From Thermodesulfobacteriota bacterium (GTDB lineage: Bacteria; Desulfobacterota_D; UBA1144; Nemesobacterales; CSP1-2): DNA of 64,000 nucleotides. Position 1 is the stretch's first letter. Every line of letters begins with the position of its first letter. The notes under the pieces were generated by a model, which worked only from the letters and a program-made list of their open reading frames with translations, had not been told where the DNA came from and ran no database searches. Position numbers and translations under genes: made by a program. The DNA is taken from the NCBI GenBank assembly GCA_035559815.1, contig DATMAT010000057.1, forward strand, positions 6,359-70,358, read 5' to 3'. Of this stretch, positions 19,805 to 29,247 are shown in pieces.

Positions 19805-22123
19805 GTGGCAAATAAAATTGCTGGAATCAGAGAGAGACCTTTAAAATTAATCTTTATCTCACTTCTTTTAACCTCCTGCACCAGCGCTTTTTTAGTATTT
19901 CTCCTATCCGGCGGGCCTGGCGGACTGCCCATTGTTCCGGCGTTCATAGTTCCCGGAGCAAGGCAACTGGTGGCAACATCCAGCCACCCGCTTGTCCGAT
20001 TCTTCTCCGAGCCCCAGGTCGCTGCAGTGACGCCCGATAACTCCAAGGTTTACGTCACCAACCTAAGAAGCGACTCGGTATCGGTGATAGATACAGCAAA
20101 GGATAGAATAACGGCAACGATACCGGTTGGTAGAAATCCTTTCTCATTGGCCATAACACCAGACGGGACCAAGGTCTATGTGGCCAATTTCGGAAACCTT
20201 TTCCAGCCGGGAAACACCGTCTCGGTGATAGATGCTGAAACGGACGCCGTCGTCGCCACGGTTAGAGTGGGGATTAACCCGGGAGCAATAGCCATAACCC
20301 CGGACGGCTCTAAAGCCTATGTGGCAAACTCCGGATTCTCCGCCTCCGATAACACCGTCTCGGTGATAGATGTGGCCACAGACCAGGTTATCGCCACGGT
20401 AATTGTGGGAATTAATCCCGGGGCGTTAGCAATAACCCCGAATGGCTCAAGAGTCTACGTAAGCAACACCATCAGCAGCACCGTCTCGGTGATCGATACT
20501 TCAACCGACGAGGTAATGGATACGATAAACGTCGGGTTTAACCCAGCGGGGATAGCTATTACTCCCGACGGTTCCAAGGTCTATGTGGCCAACAATCTAA
20601 GCGATTCCGTGTCGGTGATAGACACGTCCAGCAACCGGGTTATCACCACCATTCCAGCAGGGACAGAGCCCTTGATTGTAGCAATAACACCCGACGGCTC
20701 GAAGGCTTACATCACCAGCTTAAGTAGCGACTCGGTCTCGGTGATAGATGTATCAAACGACGCCGTTGTCAACACAATTCCGGTCGGCAATATTCCGGTG
20801 TCCATAGGGATAACGGCGGATAGCTCTAAAGCCTATGTAGGAAACTGTAATTGCGGCATAGCCGACCCGGACAGTCCGGACACCGTATCGGTAATAAACG
20901 TATCGATGGATGAGGTTATTGCCACGATTCCGGTCGGATTTGGGCCGCTCGGCCTGGCCATAACATCAGACGGCTCCAAGGTGTACGTGCCCAGCTCCAA
21001 CGGCAGCACCGTATTTGTGGTCGACACAACTACAGACGAGGTTATTTCGGTAATACCGTCGGGGACAGGACCGGCGGCCATAGCGATAACGCCCGACGGC
21101 ACCAAGGTCTACGTGAGCAACTTTAATAACCCGGACAGTCCAGGCAATACCATATCAGTAATAAATACCGAAACAAACACAGTCGTTGATGAAGTCGAAG
21201 TAGGCATTGGGCCTGCTGCGCTGGCCATAACCCCGGATGGTTCAAAACTGCTGGTTGCTAATTACGGGAGTATATCCGAGCCTGGAAATACCATATCGGT
21301 GATAGAGATTGAGACGAACACGCTGATTGCCGACTTAACTGTCGGAACCGGCCCGATGGCTATTGCCATAAGCCCCGACGGCTCTAAAGCCTATGTGGCT
21401 AATTTTGGCAGTAGCAATTCAGTCGGCAATACCGTGTCGGTGATCGACCTTACTAGCAATACCGTTACACAAAGCATCGGTGTCGGTAATGGGCCTGCCG
21501 GAATAGCCATAACGCCCGACGGCTCACAGGTTTATGTCACCAACCTGGGCGGCGTCGAGGATCCTCCCGATTCCAGCGCTAGAAGCACGGTATCGGTAAT
21601 AGATACCGCAACTAATTCAGTAATCGCTGAGATACCGGTAGGAATTGGTCCCCTGGGCATAGCCATAACCCCGGACGGAACCAGGGCTTATGTGGCCAAC
21701 TTCGGCGGCATTACTTCTTTTAGCGACTTCGCCGCTGGAAATAAGGTGTCGGTCATAGATGTAATAAATAACATATTGATCGGTGAAGTGAACCTCGGAG
21801 ATGGTTTTCTAGGTCTTGGGCCGGCCGGCGTAGCCATAACCCCGGACGGATCTACCATATACGTAACCAACTTCGACATTGTTAATGAGGAGCTATTGGG
21901 CTCGGTCAAGGTTTCTACCCCCGGGGATACTATATCGGTGATAGATTCGACAAGTAACACGGTTACCGAAACTATCAACGTCGGAGAGAGGCCGCTGGGG
22001 ATAGCGATTACCCATGATGGAACTAAGGCTTATGTGGCTAACTACTTCGGCAATAGCGTTTCGGTGATAGATGTTTCGACCAATAGTGTGGCCGAGGAGA
22101 TACCAATTAAAAATGAAAAATGA
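19805..22123 (+). CDS. YVTN-family beta-propeller repeat protein (about 17 repeats), N-terminal signal anchor
   Basis: The unit [V/A]YVAN..S.[T/S]VSVID..T..V..TI.VG..P.GIAITPDGSKAYVAN is repeated about 17 times, each about 40 aa. Length is 772 aa. Confidence 0.85.
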   Translation: MANKIAGIRERPLKLIFISLLLTSCTSAFLVFLLSGGPGGLPIVPAFIVPGARQLVATSSHPLVRFFSEPQVAAVTPDNSKVYVTNLRSDSVSVIDTAKDRITATIPVGRNPFSLAITPDGTKVYVANFGNLFQPGNTVSVIDAETDAVVATVRVGINPGAIAITPDGSKAYVANSGFSASDNTVSVIDVATDQVIATVIVGINPGALAITPNGSRVYVSNTISSTVSVIDTSTDEVMDTINVGFNPAGIAITPDGSKVYVANNLSDSVSVIDTSSNRVITTIPAGTEPLIVAITPDGSKAYITSLSSDSVSVIDVSNDAVVNTIPVGNIPVSIGITADSSKAYVGNCNCGIADPDSPDTVSVINVSMDEVIATIPVGFGPLGLAITSDGSKVYVPSSNGSTVFVVDTTTDEVISVIPSGTGPAAIAITPDGTKVYVSNFNNPDSPGNTISVINTETNTVVDEVEVGIGPAALAITPDGSKLLVANYGSISEPGNTISVIEIETNTLIADLTVGTGPMAIAISPDGSKAYVANFGSSNSVGNTVSVIDLTSNTVTQSIGVGNGPAGIAITPDGSQVYVTNLGGVEDPPDSSARSTVSVIDTATNSVIAEIPVGIGPLGIAITPDGTRAYVANFGGITSFSDFAAGNKVSVIDVINNILIGEVNLGDGFLGLGPAGVAITPDGSTIYVTNFDIVNEELLGSVKVSTPGDTISVIDSTSNTVTETINVGERPLGIAITHDGTKAYVANYFGNSVSVIDVSTNSVAEEIPIKNEK

Positions 22124-22128
22124 ATTTT

Positions 22129-22156
22129 GTAGGGGCACATTGCAATGTGCCCCTAC
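22129..22156 (+). terminator. Perfect 28-nt palindrome GTAGGGGCACATTGCAATGTGCCCCTAC immediately after the stop codon
   Basis: It can form a 13-bp hairpin. It belongs to the TAGGGG...CCCCTA palindrome family (see findings). Confidence 0.5.
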
Positions 22157-22198
22157 TTATCCTAACGTCAACATCGAGGTCGTTAAAAAGGGAAAGCG

Positions 22199-24127
22199 AT
22201 GAAATCAGTTTTGCCAAATGTAATAGATAGAAAGTCACCTCATCTAATTCTTCTCATTGCCGCTCTATTACCGCTAATTTTTAATTTAGCCTGTGATGGT
22301 GGAGAGGACGGAGAAGGAAAGCCTAGCGTCAGTCGTAAAATATTCGTCGCCAGTTCGGGCGGGGACAAAATAACCGTCTTCAATGCCGACGATGATGGTG
22401 ACGCCACACCGATAAGAACAATCGGGTCAAATACCGGGCTCATTAGACCTCAAGCAGTCTACGTTGACACAGTCAATGATGAAATATTCGTGGCCAACAC
22501 CGGGAATAACACAATTACCGTATACAGGAAAGGAGAGGATGGAGATGTAGCTCCTTTAAGAAGCATAGGTGGAGATAACACATTCCTTTTTCGCCCGGTA
22601 GCGATATTCGTCGATACCCAAAATAATGAAATTTTCGTGGCTAACCTATTTTCAATCACAGTGTATGGAAGGACAGACCAAGGGAACGTCTTCCCCACAA
22701 GGACTATAGAAGGAGAAAATACGGGGCTTTCTTTTCCCAGCGGAATATTCGTGGATGCAGAGAACGATGAGATTTTCGTATCCAACACCGAGAACGACAC
22801 CGTCACCGTGTACGGACGGTCGGCAGGGGGAGATGCCTCGCCCTTGAGGACACTATTTGTATTAGATGGAAGCGATAACGGTATCCATGAGACATTGGGT
22901 TTATTCGTCGACGCAAAAAATGGAGAGCTCTATGTGATTGATGCCGTTTTACCGGACTTTCCATCACCAGTCCCGATTACCCGGCCTATCAAGAGCACGA
23001 TAAAGGTGTATGGAAGAGATGCCGAGGGAAATGAACCTCCTTCAAGAACCATCGAGGGAGAAAGCACCGGACTTTTCAATCCTTCCGGCATCTATGTCAA
23101 TAATAATGAGATATTTGTGATTAACTCCTTTAATAACACCCTGACCGTCTATGAAAGAGAAGCCGAGGGGGACGCACCACCTTTGAGAACGCTTACCATA
23201 TTTGACTCTAACGACGCCGGCTTTCGGGCGTTCCGGGGGATGTCTTTGAGCATATCCGTGGATACCGAGGACGGCGAGATATTCGTTTCTAATCTTAACG
23301 ACACAATCACGGTTTATGGTAGAATGGCGGAGGGAAACACGCTTCCAATTAGAATCATAGGATCCCGCACCGGTCTTCTAGACCCAAACTGGATATACGT
23401 GGATACGGAGAACAAGGAAATATTTACCAGTAACTTTTTCAGCCAGCAGGTCACCGTGCACGGAATAATTGACGAAGGGAATGTTGCACCACTAAAAACC
23501 ATACCTCAAGGGCTTTTATCCCCGCAGGGAATTTTTGTGGATACTAAGAATGAGGAGATATTCGTTTTAACCAACGCCGCCGACACTGTCACTGTGTATG
23601 GAATGAGAGATAACAAACCTTTAAGGACGATATTCGGTGGAAACACCGGATTATCCTCTCCCCGGGGTATATACGTCGATATAGAAAGTAACGAGATATT
23701 CGTCACAAACCTGGGCAACGACACCATCACTGTCTACGACAGGACGGCTGAAGGAGACGTAAGCCCTTTGCGGATTATAGGCGGGGATAATACCGGCCTC
23801 CTCGGACCACAGGGAATATTTGTAGATAGAGAAAATGATGAGATTTTCGTTTCTAACTTTTTTACGATCACCGTATATAATAGGACTGCTGAAGGAGACG
23901 CCACCCCTTCCAGGACCATAGATGGGTTTAACACCGGGCTGGACGGGCCAACCGGGATATTCGTGGATGGGGAGAGCAATGAGATATTCGTCACGAACTT
24001 CAACAACAACAGCATCACTGTTTACGACAGGGCGGCGGAAGGGGATGTTGCTCCCTTAAGAAGCTTAGCCGGTCCTCACACCGGGCTTTCATTGCCGTTC
24101 GGAATATTCGTTGCCGATTCGCCATAG
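22199..24127 (+). CDS. Beta-propeller repeat lipoprotein (about 14 repeats of roughly 45 aa)
   Basis: A lipoprotein signal (IFNLACDG) is present. The repeat unit is EIFV.N..N.TITVY.R.AEGD.AP.RTI.G.NTGL..P.GIFVD...N, iterated about 14 times. The minus-strand ORFs inside are antisense artefacts of the repeats. Confidence 0.75.
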   Translation: MKSVLPNVIDRKSPHLILLIAALLPLIFNLACDGGEDGEGKPSVSRKIFVASSGGDKITVFNADDDGDATPIRTIGSNTGLIRPQAVYVDTVNDEIFVANTGNNTITVYRKGEDGDVAPLRSIGGDNTFLFRPVAIFVDTQNNEIFVANLFSITVYGRTDQGNVFPTRTIEGENTGLSFPSGIFVDAENDEIFVSNTENDTVTVYGRSAGGDASPLRTLFVLDGSDNGIHETLGLFVDAKNGELYVIDAVLPDFPSPVPITRPIKSTIKVYGRDAEGNEPPSRTIEGESTGLFNPSGIYVNNNEIFVINSFNNTLTVYEREAEGDAPPLRTLTIFDSNDAGFRAFRGMSLSISVDTEDGEIFVSNLNDTITVYGRMAEGNTLPIRIIGSRTGLLDPNWIYVDTENKEIFTSNFFSQQVTVHGIIDEGNVAPLKTIPQGLLSPQGIFVDTKNEEIFVLTNAADTVTVYGMRDNKPLRTIFGGNTGLSSPRGIYVDIESNEIFVTNLGNDTITVYDRTAEGDVSPLRIIGGDNTGLLGPQGIFVDRENDEIFVSNFFTITVYNRTAEGDATPSRTIDGFNTGLDGPTGIFVDGESNEIFVTNFNNNSITVYDRAAEGDVAPLRSLAGPHTGLSLPFGIFVADSP

Positions 24128-24186
24128 AGGTTTTAACCATCTTTTGCAATGCTAACGCCCTACAAAAGTTACAGAGGAGACTGGTC

Positions 24187-24381
24187 ATGGTTACCAAAAC
24201 CTGCATGATGAATTGGCTGGCATATAAGGGGGTTCCCACGGTGTATAGAAACACCATTGCAGACGAGGCAGTAAAGGCTACCTCGGCATCAGCGCTCAAG
24301 GCAGCACTGAAAGCAAAGGGCATCCCTCAAACCTGGATTGACATAGGGGTATGGTGTTACTATAAATGCGGCGGGAAGTAG
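24187..24381 (+). CDS. Small hypothetical protein (64 aa) with a C-terminal CYYKCGG
   Basis: A short ORF with a weak RBS immediately downstream of the propeller lipoprotein. It is uncertain. Confidence 0.2.
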   Translation: MVTKTCMMNWLAYKGVPTVYRNTIADEAVKATSASALKAALKAKGIPQTWIDIGVWCYYKCGGK

Positions 24382-24411
24382 TTAAGACAATGCCAAACTT
24401 AGGAAACTTGT

Positions 24412-24437
24412 CTCAACTTTTCGTCTAAGAAGGAGAA
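24412..24437 (+). promoter_or_regulatory. ECF-type promoter-like motif upstream of the TPR-CHAT gene
   Basis: GGAAACTTgtctcaaCTTTTCGTCTAAGA. It is followed by an RBS and a 15-codon uORF (MVKLGQDDIFSIKLH*), then the CHAT gene at 24567. Confidence 0.5.
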
Positions 24438-24566
24438 AAACAAGCAGGTTTTGATGGTGAAACTGGGTCAGGATGATATCTTTTCGATTAAATTGCATTA
24501 AACTAAATTCTGGCAATCGCAATACTATTTCATACTTTAGCCATCCTTTTAAACCATCAGAAAAAA

Positions 24567-27392
24567 ATGATTGATTTTTCTTTCCTTCATCAAAAGAGCA
24601 TTAATTCCTATCTAGTCATAATGCTGATTACTTTATCTCTACCCTCGTGCGTAACGATAAAAAAAGCGGATATTAAAGTTCAGGACGAAGGAGCAGTACG
24701 GTTAATCACCGAAGGCGGGAAATTGTACGACCGGGGAAGATATGATGAAGCCCTGGGAAAATTCTCTGCGGCGGAGGCAGAGACCAGCTTGCCCCAGGAT
24801 AAAATTAGGATTGCGGACATATTATCCAAAGGCGGCTTCGACCTCTTCGAGAAAAAGCTCTTTGATGCTGCACTTTCCTACTACAACCAATCACTGAAGA
24901 TAAACAGGGTTTTAGATAACAAGCCGGGACTGGTTAATGACTACAGTTACATGGGAAGTATTTACACGGATATAGGAAAATACGACGAGGCGATCCTTCA
25001 CTTCAATCAGGCCATCGAACTGCAAAAGGACATGAATGATAAAGCCGGAGTAGTTCACAACCTGAATAACCTCGCCAATCTCCACGGCTACCTGGGCGAC
25101 TACCAGGAATCTATAAATCTTCTAAACCGGGCCCTTCAGATTAGCCGGAGCACCGACGTCCCGACCCAAACGGCAAGAACACTGATAAATCTTGCCGCTA
25201 TCGATTTTCGCCTGAGAAACTACGAAAAATCTATTGATTACCTAAACCAAGCACTTCAGATTGCGGATAGGGTAAAAAATGAAAACCTGAAAGCGGAAGC
25301 CCTAAACCTAACCGGCGTCGTCTACAGAGAGCAGGGTGAATTCGATAAGGCTTTAGCCAATTACCTTGCCGCGCTGAAAATCAACAAGAAAGAGGGCGTT
25401 GAAGCTGCAATCATAACCAGCCTTAGCACTATTGGCGAATTGTATAAGGAGACTGGAAGATACGGCCAAGCTCTTCAATACATTCAGGAATCTCTCCACC
25501 TGAGCAGGGAATCGAAAAACCAACTGATGACCGCCGTCAACCTGAATTACATGGGGGAGGTGAGATACAAGCAGGGAAAATACGACCAGGCTCTCAATCT
25601 TTACCAATCATCCTTGGGAATCTTTGAAGAGCTTGGGTTCAGGGACCGGATAGCCAGAAGCTACAACAACATCGGTTACCTGAGAGGGGAAACCGGGCAG
25701 TGGGATTCTGCGATCGAGAACCTGGATAAGGCCATCTCCATCTATAAAGACCTGGGAGACAGGGAGTGGGTCCGCATCTCTCTCTTTGGCCGGGGACTTT
25801 ATTCAGAAGAAAAAGGGGACCTTCTTTCCGCAGAAAAAAACTACAAGGAGGCCGTGGATATATTTGAATCGGTTAGAGAGGACGTCGCCGGGGGCCTGGA
25901 AGCAGAGCAAACCTTCAGCGACGTGAACGTGGAGATTTACGAGAGGCTGGTGTCATTGCTCCTGCGGCTTGGGAAAGACGAGGAAGCGCTCGAGTATATA
26001 GAAAGGAGCAGGTCAAAGAACCTCCGGGACACGTTTCTAAGGAGCGGTATCAGCTCTTTTGACGAGAGAACCAGGGGACTCCTTGAAAGATTTGATGAGC
26101 TTTTCAGAAAAGAGGCTTCCATAAACTACCAGTTGGTGAGGGAAAGAGCAAAGGCATTGCCTAACCCGGAGAAGATAGACAATTTAGTAAAAACATTGGC
26201 CAGGACTAGGGAAGAATTTATGAGAATAAATTCTGCTTTAGAGTCCGAAAATCCCAAGCTGTACGGCCTGCTCAGTATAAAACCGGAAGACGTTGCCGAA
26301 CTGGTAAAAAAGAATAGGCTCCCCGGAGACGTTATCTTTGTAGAGTACTTTATCACCGATAAAGAGACCTACATATTTCTCATGAGCGACAGGGACCTGA
26401 AGGTCAAGACCGTTTCTGCGAAGAAAGAGGAACTTGCAGAATTGGTCAAACTGTTTAGAGACCTGATAGAGCTTAATAAATCCATACCCAGCAACCGCTG
26501 GCGGGATGACCAGAGTGAGGAATACGAACAGGCTATAAAACCGCTCAAGAAGACATCATCGACCCTCTACGCCTACCTCATAGAGCCAATCGAGGCTGAG
26601 ATTGCCCCGGCCGAAACCATAGCCGTGATTCCCTTCGGCTCGCTCCATTACCTCCCATTCAACGCCTTGGCAAAAGAAAGGGATGACGGCACGTTGGAAT
26701 TTCTCATAGAAAGGAAGAAGCTCGTCTATATTGTTTCCGCCTCCGCCAATTACCTGGACGTAGTCCTGGGAAACGGCCGTAAAAGAGGAATCGAGAGTCT
26801 GGTTGCCTTTGGCAACCCGGACCTTGGGGAACCGGACCTCGCCCTTCCCTATTCCCAGGAGGAAGTTAAAGCCATAAAAACACTCTTTCCAAACGCCACC
26901 GTGTTCCTGGGAAAGGATGCTACCAAATATAATTTCGAGAGCAACTGGGGGGTGAATGACATAATCCATATGGCCACGCATGCAGTCGTCAAAGGAACGC
27001 CGTCAATACTCTTGGCCCCTTTAGGCACGGGCAGTCTTACCCTGAAAGACATTACCGGGCTGCCCCCTGCCGAGAACACCCATCTTGTGGTGCTCTCCGC
27101 GTGCCAGGCGGCGGTTGTAAGTGACGAAGACGGCCATGCTGCCGAGGAGCTAAACAGTATAGCTCTCGCTTTCAGCATGGTAGGCACCCCATCGGTTATT
27201 GCCACCCTCTGGAGGATAGAGGACAAAGCTACATTTGAGCTGATGGAGGATTTTTATGAGAATTTAAAGAAAGAGGGCAGATTCGATTACGAGGCGTTGA
27301 GAAGGGCACAGTTAGAGATGCTTAAGAGGCCGGATAAATACGGCCAGCCATTCTACTGGGCGCCCTTTATTCTTATGGGGGTATGGGAGTAG
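24567..27392 (+). CDS. TPR-repeat protein with a C-terminal CHAT (caspase-like) domain
   Basis: There is a signal/lipobox-like N-terminus (LSLPSC) and more than 12 TPR units. The C-terminal CHAT dyad is IIHMATHAV (His) with HLVVLSACQAAV (Cys). Length is 941 aa. Confidence 0.85.
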   Translation: MIDFSFLHQKSINSYLVIMLITLSLPSCVTIKKADIKVQDEGAVRLITEGGKLYDRGRYDEALGKFSAAEAETSLPQDKIRIADILSKGGFDLFEKKLFDAALSYYNQSLKINRVLDNKPGLVNDYSYMGSIYTDIGKYDEAILHFNQAIELQKDMNDKAGVVHNLNNLANLHGYLGDYQESINLLNRALQISRSTDVPTQTARTLINLAAIDFRLRNYEKSIDYLNQALQIADRVKNENLKAEALNLTGVVYREQGEFDKALANYLAALKINKKEGVEAAIITSLSTIGELYKETGRYGQALQYIQESLHLSRESKNQLMTAVNLNYMGEVRYKQGKYDQALNLYQSSLGIFEELGFRDRIARSYNNIGYLRGETGQWDSAIENLDKAISIYKDLGDREWVRISLFGRGLYSEEKGDLLSAEKNYKEAVDIFESVREDVAGGLEAEQTFSDVNVEIYERLVSLLLRLGKDEEALEYIERSRSKNLRDTFLRSGISSFDERTRGLLERFDELFRKEASINYQLVRERAKALPNPEKIDNLVKTLARTREEFMRINSALESENPKLYGLLSIKPEDVAELVKKNRLPGDVIFVEYFITDKETYIFLMSDRDLKVKTVSAKKEELAELVKLFRDLIELNKSIPSNRWRDDQSEEYEQAIKPLKKTSSTLYAYLIEPIEAEIAPAETIAVIPFGSLHYLPFNALAKERDDGTLEFLIERKKLVYIVSASANYLDVVLGNGRKRGIESLVAFGNPDLGEPDLALPYSQEEVKAIKTLFPNATVFLGKDATKYNFESNWGVNDIIHMATHAVVKGTPSILLAPLGTGSLTLKDITGLPPAENTHLVVLSACQAAVVSDEDGHAAEELNSIALAFSMVGTPSVIATLWRIEDKATFELMEDFYENLKKEGRFDYEALRRAQLEMLKRPDKYGQPFYWAPFILMGVWE

Positions 27393-27474
27393 GTTGACAA
27401 TTTCGGATTTCGGAATGCGGATTTAAGTATTTCTTCCGTCCGCAATCTGCAATCCGAAATCCGAAATTAAACGG

Positions 27475-27499
27475 GGAAGTTCCCCAGGCTTTTCGTCTA
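27475..27499 (+). promoter_or_regulatory. ECF-type promoter-like motif upstream of the anti-sigma gene
   Basis: GGAAGTtccccaggCTTTTCGTCTAtact, 48 nt upstream of the ATG at 27547. Confidence 0.5.
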
Positions 27500-27546
27500 T
27501 ACTAATATGTGTTAGTTTAAGTATCGAATTTTTCGGAGATTACTTT

Positions 27547-28152
27547 ATGAAATTAGAAAAAGAAGATGAAATATTGGGTGCGGTGGCGATATCCCTGATT
27601 GAAAGAAAAGGGGGAGAATGCCCTTCTGACGAGGAATTCGCCTTATACCTGGACAGAAAGTTAAACCGAGAGAGGAAAAAGACCCTCATCTCCCACTTTA
27701 TTTCCTGCCCTGCCTGCCGGGACAGACTGGCCGTCTCGAACTTGGCTCTCGAAACCGCCAGAGAGGAAAACATCCTAGAGAAATTACTGACTTTTTTCGG
27801 CCGTCCGCTGGTCATAGCGCCCGTAGCCATCGTAATACTCTTCCTGGCGGCTATAACCCTGAACGTTTATCTAAAATCGTCCAATTTTCCTGACACCGAA
27901 GAAAGATACAGGGGTGGAGATTTAGTCAGCGTAAACCAGGTTGATTTAACCCCTGGCCTCTTGAGAATTATCCAAGAGGGCGACCAGGGGGAATTAAAAA
28001 ATAACCTTGCCAAAGAGCTGCCTCCTCACTCTGAGGTATCGGATATAGTGGTGGAAGAGAGGCTTAAGTCTCTAAAGGACTTAAAGGAGAATGAGAAGAT
28101 AACCTTAATACTTTACAGCGATGGTTTATTGAAGGTGAAGCTAACCCAATAA
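27547..28152 (+). CDS. Zinc-finger (zf-HC2-like) anti-sigma factor, single TM
   Basis: ISHFISCPACRD gives H-x3-C-x2-C, with an upstream Cys (GGECPSD). The TM helix is LVIAPVAIVILFLAAITL. A periplasmic C-terminus follows. Confidence 0.65.
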   Translation: MKLEKEDEILGAVAISLIERKGGECPSDEEFALYLDRKLNRERKKTLISHFISCPACRDRLAVSNLALETAREENILEKLLTFFGRPLVIAPVAIVILFLAAITLNVYLKSSNFPDTEERYRGGDLVSVNQVDLTPGLLRIIQEGDQGELKNNLAKELPPHSEVSDIVVEERLKSLKDLKENEKITLILYSDGLLKVKLTQ

Positions 28153-28154
28153 AC

Positions 28155-28946
28155 TCATAGCGTTTGTTCAAATATCTCCTTGATATCGTCGTTGGTTATC
28201 CCCTTTTCTCTCATGTATTTCCCCAGGCTCTTCAGTATCTTTTCTATTCTTTTGTACACCTTTTTCTGGTCAAGCCCGGGAATAGCCCCGGATATCTCCC
28301 TTGCGCTCAAATCTTGCTCGAAATAGAGCTGTAGTATCAGAATATCCTCCTCTTCGAGCCTGTGAACCTCCTCCCTGAGCACTTTCAACACCATCTCCTT
28401 TTTCTCTTTGGCCTCGGTGGTTATCAGACTCTCCTCCGGATTTGCCCCCCTACCCTCGGAGGCAATACCATCTACCTGTTCCCCGAGAAAAACGGTTCGC
28501 TTTTCATCGATCTCATCCATATTCACCCTACTCTCCCTTATCCTTTTTTCCACTTCATCAACCCTTATTTGAGCCTCCTCCGGGGGGATTTTAAACTCCG
28601 CTTGAATGGAATTCTCTACCCAGCCGGGAGACAAATTGTGATAAAAGAAGAGTTTAAAAACATGACGGTTTATCTCGTCGAACGCCCAGTAATACTTGGG
28701 TAAGACCTTATATCCGAATTGACTTCTCCTAAAATCAATGATGAGCTTCCCGGTAACGCTCTGGAGAAATGTCTTAAAGCTCGCCTCCCCGCGGAAGGAG
28801 CCTATCCTCCGGCTATTATCCTCATGTAGCTTCTCCCACACGTACAGGAAACAATCATTGGCCAGGTCGGGGTTGTTAGAAAAGCTCCTTCTACACATAG
28901 ACCGAACTACCAGTATGTCCTCATCAGTTAAGGTCCTATTATCCAT
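28155..28946 (-). CDS. Sigma-70 family RNA polymerase sigma factor (ECF-like, with an unusually long region2-region4 linker)
   Basis: Region 2 is DCFLYVWEKL...FKTFLQSVTGKLIIDFRRSQ. Region 4 HTH is LILQLYFEQDLSAREISGAI...VYKRIEKILKSL. It is convergent with the anti-sigma gene. Confidence 0.65.
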   Translation of the reverse strand: MDNRTLTDEDILVVRSMCRRSFSNNPDLANDCFLYVWEKLHEDNSRRIGSFRGEASFKTFLQSVTGKLIIDFRRSQFGYKVLPKYYWAFDEINRHVFKLFFYHNLSPGWVENSIQAEFKIPPEEAQIRVDEVEKRIRESRVNMDEIDEKRTVFLGEQVDGIASEGRGANPEESLITTEAKEKKEMVLKVLREEVHRLEEEDILILQLYFEQDLSAREISGAIPGLDQKKVYKRIEKILKSLGKYMREKGITNDDIKEIFEQTL

Positions 28947-29121
28947 TTTATGGTCGGGAAAAAGTAGCTATCTACGGGGTTAATCTGCTAATTCGCTGAT
29001 TAAAAGCCGGGGCTGGAAGCTTATCAATCCTCCATCTGATAATCTCGGCCAAATTCGCAGACCACCATCCGTCCTCGATTTTGAAAAAGATTTTAATACC
29101 ATACGGTCGTAATTAAAAGGG

Positions 29122-29146
29122 GGAATTTTCTCAAGCTTTTCGTCTA
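29122..29146 (+). promoter_or_regulatory. ECF-type promoter-like motif upstream of the LuxR-type regulator
   Basis: GGAATTttctcaagCTTTTCGTCTAtatt. It sits in the divergent intergenic region between the sigma gene and the regulator gene. Confidence 0.45.
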
Positions 29147-29247
29147 TATTCGAACAAGAGAACGAGGAATAAAGGTTATTAAAACCGGATGGATTCAGAC
29201 ATGATTAAAAACCCGAATTTCCATTTTAGCATGAAAAAGGAGGTACC

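Noticed and set aside
22240-24323. Multiple 60-115-aa minus-strand ORFs inside the beta-propeller genes, and similar ones inside the YVTN gene
   Set aside because: They are antisense open frames produced by the periodic repeat DNA. They have no RBS and no independent motifs.
24015-24323. 102-aa minus-strand ORF overlapping the end of the propeller gene and the small Cys ORF
   Set aside because: It overlaps a strongly supported plus-strand gene and has no supporting signals.
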